Positions 24,662-32,000 of a DNA stretch of 32,000 nucleotides are shown here, piece after piece. The position numbers and the translations under genes are program-made. The DNA comes from Synechocystis sp. PCC 6803 substr. PCC-P (lineage in GTDB: Bacteria > Cyanobacteriota > Cyanobacteriia > Cyanobacteriales > Microcystaceae): positions 660,001 to 692,000 of the forward strand of contig NC_017039.1 in NCBI RefSeq assembly GCF_000284455.1, in the 5' to 3' direction. Within the stretch, counting starts at the first letter, position 1. The number at the start of each line of letters is the position of its first letter. The notes under the pieces are model-generated. The model was not told where the DNA came from. It ran no database searches and saw only the letters and a list, made by a program, of their open reading frames with translations.

Positions 24662-27436
24662 TTAGCGTTGGGCAGATTCTGCCAAAAATTGATCGATGGT
24701 GCTTAACAATTGATTGGGTTGGAATGGTTTGGTGAGGTAACCATCAGCCCCAAGAGCTTTGGCCCGATTGCGATGGAGGGGATTTTCCCTAGAGGTGAGC
24801 ATCACTACCGTTAAGCTATGCCAAACTCGGTGAGCCCGCACCAGTTGCAGCAGACTAAACCCATCCATATTGGGCATTTCAATGTCACACAGAGCTAAAT
24901 CAATGCCTTGGTTTTGCCGGTTGAGTAAATCCCAAGCTTCTTTGCCGTCCCGACATTGGATGAGGCGGAAACTGCCTCCCAGCACCCGTTGTAAAGTTCG
25001 CCGCACTGTGACGGAATCGTCAATAACCAGGATTGTGGTCTGACCACCAGCGGATCCCGCCGCATCCTGGGGCAAGGTAGGCTCAGTACGCCAAAGCACA
25101 GCAAAATTGTTGGGAATTAATACGGGCACCACTTCTCCAGTACCCAAAACGGTACAGCCCGCCACATAGGAAGGAATGGGGGTAATGGCGTCCAGAGCTT
25201 TGACCACCAAGGTCCGTTCATCGACAATTTGCTCCACTGTCAACAATGCCGAGCGATCGCCAAGGTTAACCATCAGTCCGACTTTATGGGGTAAACCGGG
25301 GGAAGGACTAAAACCCTGGGGATAAATTTGGGGCAACACTTCATCCAGAGGGCAAGCTTCCATAATTTGGGATTGCCATTCCACCCGACCATTTTTAATC
25401 GGGTAATCGTCCAGGGGCAAAATTCGCAACACACTTTCGGAAGGAAACGCCAGTAACCGTTGCTGATAGCGCACCAGCAGTAGGGGCACAATATTCAAAC
25501 TTAGGGGAATACGGATCAGAAAACGACTGCCTTGGCCCAATTTGGTTTCCACCGTCAAGGTACCCCGCAGGGATTCAATCATTTGCTTGACAATGTCCAG
25601 TCCTAATCCCCGCCCGGACAGATTGCTCACTTCCGCTGCGGTGGAAAATCCCGGCTGAAAAAGAAAATCCAACATTTGAGCTTCCCCGATGGTGCCCAAC
25701 TGCTCTGGGGTTAGCCAACCCAATTCCATTGCTTTGCGGCTAATTTTTTCTGGGTCAATGCCCCGACCGTCGTCACTTACTGTAATTAAAACTTGGTTAT
25801 TGGCCGTGCTAGCGCTGAGGGTAATGGTCCCTTCGGGAAGTTTGCCCTGGGCTTGGCGTTCTGGCACAAATTCCAAACCGTGGTCAAAGGCGTTGCGAAT
25901 TAAATGGGTTAGGGGGGTGCGTAACTGGTCCAAAATGGCCACTTCGACTAGGGTGTTTTCCCCTTCAATGACAAACTGCACCGGTTTTTTATGGCGATCG
26001 CCTAGCTTTTCCAACGGCTGGGCAAAGGATTGGGCTAGACCCCGAAAGGGCACCAGGCGGGATTGGGTCAATTCACTGTCCAATTGATGGAGGGACTGAC
26101 TCATCTGGATCAGGGTTTCCTGTAAATCCCGTTCCACTAAATCCACGTCTTCCTGGATTTCCTGCACCTGCACCATCAGTTCCTGGAACCTTTGCAGAAT
26201 GCCATGGACAGCAGTGTAACTATCCATTTCCAGGGCATCAAAATCCACCAATCCCGCTATGCCCAAACTGCTTTGACTATCACCGTTTTGGTTACCGCCA
26301 CCGTTACTTGGACTGATCTTGGTTTGGTCGCTGAAAGAAAGTTCATCGTAGAGGGATTCCACTTGCTCCCGCATGGGGATTAACTGTTGCCCCCGCCTTT
26401 TTAGGTTCCGACTAGCTTGCCGTAGCTGTTTGTCATATTCCAACAACCTTTCCTGGTTAATTAGCAATTCACTAACTGTATTACTTAATTTATTCAGGCG
26501 ATCGAGGGGAATCCGTAAAGTCTGCCTGGTGCTGGGGGCAGGGGAAGCTTTGGCGGTCACGACAGCGGGAATTGGAACGCCGGGGACGGGGGGCGCAATT
26601 ACTGCCGTTACTGGCTTAACCTCTGGTAATGGTTCGGGATCCGGTTCCGCAACAATTTCCGGCGCTGGGGGGGTCAACTCGCCCGCTAAAAACTGCTCCC
26701 TTAAAGATCTCAATTCGGCGATCGCCGTGGGTAAAAGGGTGAGCAAATCCACCTGGGGCCGCACCAATTCTCCCCGCCAACGGTTCCCGGCCTCCTCCAA
26801 CCAATCACAACTAAGAGCTTGGCCTAACAGGGTACATTCCTCTAGCAAAAGACTAAAACTTTCCCGTAGCTCCGTGGCAGTCCCTCCCCGTTCCAGTCGC
26901 CGTTCTACCCGCTCTAAACAAGCTTCTAGCTCCACAGTTAAGGAAGTACGCACAAATTGGGACACATCTCCTGCGATCGCCTCCTCTTGGGAAGGTTGAG
27001 GTTGACATGTTTCTAAAAACTCCCCCAGGGCCAGGGCAAGTTCCGGCGGCTCATCCGTGTCCTGTAAACGACCACTGTTGGCCAACTCCACCATGGCCTG
27101 GGTTTCCTCGATGGTCATGGCAATCAAACCCACTGCCATGGATTTATCTTCCACCCTTCCCTGTTCTAGAGCCTCAAATAAATCCTCCAACCGGTGACAG
27201 AGGGTCTGCAGAGGGGTTAAAGCCGACATTCCCGCTCCCCCCTTGAGGGAATGGGCCGCCCGTCCCATATCCTGAATCAGCTTTTGCCGTTGTTGGGAAT
27301 CCCCAGCGGGGCCTAACACCCGTTCCAAGGACTGGAAACCCACTGTCAACTGTGCTAGACATTCCGGCGCGTCTTCCTCCAAAAAGGCCTGACGGGCTTC
27401 GGCGGTAATGGCGGCGAGGGTGGCGGCATCAAACAT
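24662..27436 (-). CDS. CheA-like hybrid histidine kinase (Hpt, dimerisation, HATPase, CheW-like, C-terminal receiver)
   Basis: Hpt AAHSLKGGAGMS; N box HLIRNAFDHGLE; G1 DDGRGID; G2 GRGLGLDIVK; receiver ILVIDDS...LALCDIEMPNMDG...YLTKPF. Confidence 0.9.
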   Translation of the reverse strand: MFDAATLAAITAEARQAFLEEDAPECLAQLTVGFQSLERVLGPAGDSQQRQKLIQDMGRAAHSLKGGAGMSALTPLQTLCHRLEDLFEALEQGRVEDKSMAVGLIAMTIEETQAMVELANSGRLQDTDEPPELALALGEFLETCQPQPSQEEAIAGDVSQFVRTSLTVELEACLERVERRLERGGTATELRESFSLLLEECTLLGQALSCDWLEEAGNRWRGELVRPQVDLLTLLPTAIAELRSLREQFLAGELTPPAPEIVAEPDPEPLPEVKPVTAVIAPPVPGVPIPAVVTAKASPAPSTRQTLRIPLDRLNKLSNTVSELLINQERLLEYDKQLRQASRNLKRRGQQLIPMREQVESLYDELSFSDQTKISPSNGGGNQNGDSQSSLGIAGLVDFDALEMDSYTAVHGILQRFQELMVQVQEIQEDVDLVERDLQETLIQMSQSLHQLDSELTQSRLVPFRGLAQSFAQPLEKLGDRHKKPVQFVIEGENTLVEVAILDQLRTPLTHLIRNAFDHGLEFVPERQAQGKLPEGTITLSASTANNQVLITVSDDGRGIDPEKISRKAMELGWLTPEQLGTIGEAQMLDFLFQPGFSTAAEVSNLSGRGLGLDIVKQMIESLRGTLTVETKLGQGSRFLIRIPLSLNIVPLLLVRYQQRLLAFPSESVLRILPLDDYPIKNGRVEWQSQIMEACPLDEVLPQIYPQGFSPSPGLPHKVGLMVNLGDRSALLTVEQIVDERTLVVKALDAITPIPSYVAGCTVLGTGEVVPVLIPNNFAVLWRTEPTLPQDAAGSAGGQTTILVIDDSVTVRRTLQRVLGGSFRLIQCRDGKEAWDLLNRQNQGIDLALCDIEMPNMDGFSLLQLVRAHRVWHSLTVVMLTSRENPLHRNRAKALGADGYLTKPFQPNQLLSTIDQFLAESAQR

Positions 27437-27492
27437 ACGTTGACCAAATTCGGGGTTGGGTGTGTTGACAAGGCATGGAGAAATATTTCCGC

Positions 27493-30354
27493 TTATTCCA
27501 CTTTGAATTTACCGGCGGCGGTTTGCAGATCCACAGCGGTTTTGGCCAGGGATTGCAGGGACTGGGACACCAGTTGGGATTTGTCCGACGTGGCTTTGGC
27601 GACGCTGGCTACGTTTTGTACAGTTTCCGTCACCATTTGAGATGCTAACCGTTGGGATTCCGTGTTGCGGGAGATGGAATCCAGTACAGTGTCAATTTCC
27701 TCACTAATCTGGGCCAGATTTTGCAGGGTTTCCTTGGTTTTTTGTACCAATTGGGTACCGGTGACTACCTCGTTGGTGCTTTCCTCCATCAGTTGGCTCA
27801 TCTGGGAGGTTTCCTCTTGAATACTGAGAATTACCTGCTCAATTTCCTGGGCGGAGAGGGTTACCATTTCCGCCAATCGTCGTACCTCGTCCGCAACGAT
27901 CCGGAAACCCTGACCGTTTTCCCCCGCCCTAGCCGCTTCGATGGAGGCGTTAAAGGCCAATAAGTTGGTTTTTTCGGAAATACCGGAGATAATTCCGACG
28001 ATTTTGGAAATTTCCAAGGAAGATTCCGCCAATCGCTTCGACTTTTTGGAAATTTCTGCCACCCGGCCCCGTACTTTATAAATACTTTCCACCGTTTCGT
28101 CCATGGTGTTTTGCCCCTGTTGGGCCGCTTCGTTGCCCTGTTTGGCGATCGCCGCCGCCGTTTGGGCACTTATAGCTACGGACTCAATGGATTGGGCCAT
28201 TTCTGCTACGGAAGCAGTGGCGAATTCCAGGGCCCGGGCTTGTTCCAGAGCATTGTCAGACAAACTGGTGATTTCTTGGCTATCTTCCTGGGCTTGGCCG
28301 CTCACCTCCGTTGCCGTATCCACCACCTGTTTAACCAGTTTTCTCAACCCCGCCAAAGTGGCATTGAACGCATCGGCGATCGCCCCTACGGCCCCAGCTT
28401 CCACGGAACTACGTACCGTCAAATCCCCCCGGGAAGATTCTTCAATGTCCGTCAACAACCGCACCACCCCGTCTTGGAGTTCTTCTTTTAGTTGCCGTTG
28501 TTTCTCGGCCTCCTGTTGCCGCTCTAGGGACGTTTCCTGTAAAGAACGGGTAGAAGCTTCCACCTGTTCCGCCATGGCGTTGAAGGTGACAGCCAATTGT
28601 CCCACCTCGTCTTTGGATTCCACTTCCGCCCGCACACCGGTTTCCCCTTCTCCTAACTTTTGGGCAGTGGTCTGCAAATTTTTCAGCGGCTTGGTCAAGG
28701 TTTTACCTAACCAATAGGCAATAATCGCCGCCACCAACAGAGCCACTGCCCCCACACCAATTTGCAGCAGAAGAGTTCTTTCTAGGAGGTCATTAAATTC
28801 AACTTCAGAGGTGCCCCGAACAAGCAAAGCGAGGGGTTGGCCTTGAATGTCTTTGATCACTTTAATGGCCACCGTTAAAGGCTCCCCTTCCACGGTAGTT
28901 CTCCCCACTAAGGGCATGTCTGGATTTTCTTGGGCCTTTTTCAGTAACTCTAAATCTGGAAAAGCAACATTCTCATAGACTTTGGTATTCTGACCGCTGC
29001 CAGTTTTTAGGTTGGAGGTAGCTAGTTGAATTTCCCCATTCGGGTCTATGTAATAAACCGCACTGTAGCCCCCATCAAAGTTGTCCACTGTGTTTTTCAC
29101 AATGGCGTCTTTGCCATTAACAATGTCTCCAGCAATTAAGGTACCAATATTCTTTTTGGATTGGGGATCTTGCACCGGGGTGACAGTGTAGCGAATGAGG
29201 GCATTTTCCTGCTCTAAGTTGTCGATGCCTGGGGGTAGTTCCTTTTCCAGTTCTTCTTTGCTGACAATAGTACTAAATTTAATTTGTCCCGGATAACCCA
29301 TCCGCAGAGTCACAAGGTTGCTGGGGTCAAATATTTGTCCGTTCCGTTGGGCATTGGCACTGGCAATAATCCTTTGGTCTTGACCCACCAGGGTGGCGTA
29401 TTCGATATCCCTCGATGCGGTCTCATTTTTTAAAATGTCCCGTACCTGGGCCGCCAAAGGAGCAGGAATAGGTTGCCTTTCGCTGTAGAGTCGAGCCGCT
29501 TGAATAATAGCCAGGTTATCGGATTGACCCCGAAAACCAAAACTCATCTGGTCAATTTTGATGTTGTAGTTGCCCTCGGTGACCACCAACTCCGCCAGAG
29601 TCTGGTTTTTCAGTTGGAATCTACCCGAAGAAATGGCAATCATCATCCCGGTGCCCACCACTGCAACCACAGTTATGGCACTGGAAACCAACAAAGCGGT
29701 GAATTGCTTGGTGGCAATGGGCAAGTTAGCCCAGCGTTTTTGCAATGTTAGGTTAGACCGCTCTTCGTCCAGGGCTAAATCATCGGTGGCGGCGGCGTAT
29801 TTTAAGGTCCCAGTCCAAGCCATGGCCGGGGTAATGCGATTGGGATCCGCTAGTTGGGCCTCAATGCCGGCGATCGCCTGGTCACAGGTGGCATGGAAAA
29901 TCCCCTCCTCATCGTTAATTTTTAAATCTTCGTAGGCTTGGAGAGCATCGGTTAAAAATCCCCCCGCTTCTAGGGCACTGGCGAAACTTATTTGGGCCAC
30001 CAGATCGTCGGGCCTCTCTTGCACCGTCTCCTGGAGCATAAGAATCTCTGGCGGATAGACCTGCTTCTTCTCTTCCTCAGTCAGGGGTTGGGGAATAGCG
30101 GGGATTTCCTCCACCGCTGGTAAATTAGGCTGAATTTCCGCTAAAGCCTTACTGATGGTTTCGCCATAAATGCCGTCACTGTCCAACTCCTGGGCTTGAC
30201 GATAGTATTGGGCCGCTTCCTCCCAAAAACCCTCTTGCTGGAGAGCACCGGCCAGGACGATCTGGGCAAATAGATCATCCGGGGCAGCCATGGCTGCTGC
30301 TTGCAGTTCCAGAATCTCTTGGGAAAATTGGGGTTTAGTGGGGGTGCTAACCAT
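27493..30354 (-). CDS. Methyl-accepting chemotaxis protein with a duplicated N-terminal cytoplasmic module, two TM segments, a ~310-aa extracytoplasmic sensor region and HAMP
   Basis: TM1 [24 protein letters not shown]; TM2 [19 protein letters not shown]; HAMP with [13 protein letters not shown]; MA signalling domain ([35 protein letters not shown]). Confidence 0.9.
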   Translation of the reverse strand: MVSTPTKPQFSQEILELQAAAMAAPDDLFAQIVLAGALQQEGFWEEAAQYYRQAQELDSDGIYGETISKALAEIQPNLPAVEEIPAIPQPLTEEEKKQVYPPEILMLQETVQERPDDLVAQISFASALEAGGFLTDALQAYEDLKINDEEGIFHATCDQAIAGIEAQLADPNRITPAMAWTGTLKYAAATDDLALDEERSNLTLQKRWANLPIATKQFTALLVSSAITVVAVVGTGMMIAISSGRFQLKNQTLAELVVTEGNYNIKIDQMSFGFRGQSDNLAIIQAARLYSERQPIPAPLAAQVRDILKNETASRDIEYATLVGQDQRIIASANAQRNGQIFDPSNLVTLRMGYPGQIKFSTIVSKEELEKELPPGIDNLEQENALIRYTVTPVQDPQSKKNIGTLIAGDIVNGKDAIVKNTVDNFDGGYSAVYYIDPNGEIQLATSNLKTGSGQNTKVYENVAFPDLELLKKAQENPDMPLVGRTTVEGEPLTVAIKVIKDIQGQPLALLVRGTSEVEFNDLLERTLLLQIGVGAVALLVAAIIAYWLGKTLTKPLKNLQTTAQKLGEGETGVRAEVESKDEVGQLAVTFNAMAEQVEASTRSLQETSLERQQEAEKQRQLKEELQDGVVRLLTDIEESSRGDLTVRSSVEAGAVGAIADAFNATLAGLRKLVKQVVDTATEVSGQAQEDSQEITSLSDNALEQARALEFATASVAEMAQSIESVAISAQTAAAIAKQGNEAAQQGQNTMDETVESIYKVRGRVAEISKKSKRLAESSLEISKIVGIISGISEKTNLLAFNASIEAARAGENGQGFRIVADEVRRLAEMVTLSAQEIEQVILSIQEETSQMSQLMEESTNEVVTGTQLVQKTKETLQNLAQISEEIDTVLDSISRNTESQRLASQMVTETVQNVASVAKATSDKSQLVSQSLQSLAKTAVDLQTAAGKFKVE

Positions 30355-30500
30355 GGCGATTAAAAGTAATTAAAAAACAATTGGGCAATGGGTCGGAACA
30401 GTTTCAGGATTAACGATGAAAATTAAGACTCTGTTAAGGTGAAAAAGTAAGGATTAAGACCAAGATTAAGTTGAGCAAAAACTTTGGGGAGGCCCGATAA

Positions 30501-30968
30501 CTATTTCTCCAATGGGTGAAGCGGTTTAATGGAACCCCCACCCTGGAGCCAGGCAAAAATTCGATCCACATCCAAAATCAGAATGGTTTCCCCGTCTTTG
30601 TTGCCTTCTCCCAATAAAAAGGGCTCCCGCAGTGGCTTAATTTCCTCTGTACTAAAGCTAACAATGCCCTTCAATCCTTCGGCGATCGCCGCCACCTGGG
30701 CAGATTCTCCCACCAGTACCACTGCTTTAGTATTGCTCAAGGTACGGTAATTGAGGGGGTTAGCCGTAGCCGGGGACAATAGGCGGGGCAAATCCATCAC
30801 CCAAAGCAGATTTCCCCGTTGATTGCTCACCCCCAATAACTCCGGTCTTACCCCAGGAATGAGACAAAGGGAACTGAGGGGAAAGGACAACACCTCCCGG
30901 GTTTTAGCTAAAGGAATAGCCACCGTCAGGGGCAGACCCAAATCAATCCAAAAATAGTCCTCTACCAT
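30501..30968 (-). CDS. CheW-like coupling protein
   Basis: LLGVSNQRGNLLWVMDLPRLL and ILILDVDRIF follow the CheW-domain pattern. Its position between the receiver genes and the MCP supports the call. Confidence 0.75.
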   Translation of the reverse strand: MVEDYFWIDLGLPLTVAIPLAKTREVLSFPLSSLCLIPGVRPELLGVSNQRGNLLWVMDLPRLLSPATANPLNYRTLSNTKAVVLVGESAQVAAIAEGLKGIVSFSTEEIKPLREPFLLGEGNKDGETILILDVDRIFAWLQGGGSIKPLHPLEK

Positions 30969-31000
30969 AACCTCATCACCGTAGTCAGCATTGGCAAGTT

Positions 31001-31384
31001 CTAGGAAATATAGGGCTTAACGGTTTTCATCAACTCAATGGGGCTATAGGGCTTAATCAAATAAGCATTACCCCCCTGGCGCAGGGCCCAAAAACGGTCG
31101 TAATCCTCATTTTTGGTGGAACAGAAGACAATGGGCACATCTTCTAGGGCCAATTCTCCCCGAATTTTGCGACATAGGTCATAACCACTAATATCCGGCA
31201 TAACGATGTCCAGCATAATTAGGTCAGGCACCGTATTTTTGTTTAACCATTCCAGGGCTTCATCGGCATTGTTACAAATGACAGCCTCTGTGCCCATGGA
31301 CTTTAAAAGCCCCTGAACCAATAACTGGTCAGACTTGGTATCTTCCACAACTAAAACAGTTTTCACTGGTATCCCCCTGGGCAA
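31001..31384 (-). CDS. CheY-like single-domain response regulator
   Basis: VLVVEDT, LIMLDIVMPDISG, FCSTK, YLIKPY. There is no ATG; the start is TTG 31384 or GTG 31366. Confidence 0.85.
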   Translation of the reverse strand: MPRGIPVKTVLVVEDTKSDQLLVQGLLKSMGTEAVICNNADEALEWLNKNTVPDLIMLDIVMPDISGYDLCRKIRGELALEDVPIVFCSTKNEDYDRFWALRQGGNAYLIKPYSPIELMKTVKPYIS

Positions 31385-31472
31385 TTGCTAACGATGATAA
31401 TCATAGGATAGAAGAAGCAAATCAGTAATTAAAACTAACTTATACAAACAACTATCAGTAGTAATTAAGTAA

Positions 31473-32000
31473 TTAAACAGCTGCGGAGATAAAGCTCTGC
31501 ACTGTTTCCACTAATTCCTGGGGCTGGAACGGTTTGCAAATGTAGCCAACGGAGCCGTGCATTTTTGCTTTTACCCGGTCTAAAACTCCACTGCGGCCGG
31601 TCAACATGACAATGGGAATATGCTTGAGGGCTTCGGATTTATTGCAAATACTGCACAGTTGATAGCCGTCGATGTCGGGCATATTGATGTCCATTAAAAT
31701 CAGGGCCGGTTTGGCGTGCATCAAAGTAGTTAGGGCACTAGAGGCTTGTTTGATGTTGATCACCTTAAAACCCGTGGCTTCGAGGGCAAAGCTCACCACC
31801 CGTTGAATGGAAGGACTGTCATCCACACAGGCAATGACCGGGCGGTTATCCTCCTGCTCCGGTTCGTAGGGTCCCATGGTGATGAGACCTAGGCCCACTA
31901 GGGTTTTGAGAATAATGGCCACACTAAGGCTACTGGTGTGCAGAGACTCGGCAATTTCATACACACACATTTCCTGGGCGATTAATTCCGGCAATTTTTG
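31473..32000 (-). CDS. PatA-type response regulator, C-terminal part (N-terminus lies beyond the window)
   Basis: The frame stays open to the window edge. The C-terminal receiver has VIACVDDS, LILMDINMPDIDG, MLTGR and YICKPF, preceded by an HTH-like ISLSVAIILKTLVGLGLI segment typical of PATAN-domain regulators. Confidence 0.8.
   Translation of the reverse strand, partial: QKLPELIAQEMCVYEIAESLHTSSLSVAIILKTLVGLGLITMGPYEPEQEDNRPVIACVDDSPSIQRVVSFALEATGFKVINIKQASSALTTLMHAKPALILMDINMPDIDGYQLCSICNKSEALKHIPIVMLTGRSGVLDRVKAKMHGSVGYICKPFQPQELVETVQSFISAAV

Noticed and set aside
26373-28717. Long plus-strand ORFs (26373-26999, 208 aa; 28103-28717, 204 aa; others) opposite the CheA-like and MCP genes
   Set aside because: They are antisense to genes with unmistakable domain signatures, and their Ser/Arg/Ala-rich translations are typical of shadow frames.
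1-32000. Search for CRISPR arrays, tRNA/rRNA genes and large tandem repeats
   Set aside because: I noticed no regularly spaced repeats, no tRNA T-arm or acceptor signatures in the intergenic regions, and no rRNA-like sequence. Visual inspection cannot exclude small ncRNAs.

Overview
The window looks like chromosomal DNA from a HIP1-rich (GCGATCGC) unicellular cyanobacterium. Gene content and order resemble Synechocystis sp. PCC 6803: tyrS, an ssb-like gene, lepB, cydAB, trmB, ackA and a Tax/Pil-type chemotaxis-like operon. That assignment is from memory and was not checked. I count about 35 credible protein genes, no rRNA or tRNA gene, and no CRISPR array. Most of the window is ordinary core genome. 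Two small accessory insertions stand out, and both have the same unusual architecture: the cargo is bracketed by a direct repeat made from the end of the adjacent host gene. (1) Positions 687-2986 are a 2.3-kb AT-rich, HIP1-free insert sitting between two copies of the tyrS 3' end (386-686 and 2987-3290). It carries only two translationally coupled orphan ORFs (117 aa and 565 aa) with no motif I can recognise. This is my best candidate for an undescribed system. (2) Positions 19774-20491 are a PIN-like toxin plus small-partner cassette between two copies of the 5' end of an LpxB-related gene (19630-19773, which carries an in-frame stop, and 20492-20635). In both cases the repeat copies differ mostly by synonymous changes. 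That pattern suggests foreign orthologous alleles that entered by single-crossover (Campbell-type) integration of circular DNA. No integrase is present in either insert. Other notable items are a 5'-truncated IS1-like transposase remnant, an acidic D/N-rich lipoprotein, an RNase H-like multidomain protein in a string of unknown genes, and a ferredoxin plus Rieske oxygenase pair directly downstream of a CheA-CheY hybrid kinase. The MCP also has a tandemly duplicated N-terminal cytoplasmic module. All functional calls come from motif recognition in the supplied translations. No database search was possible.
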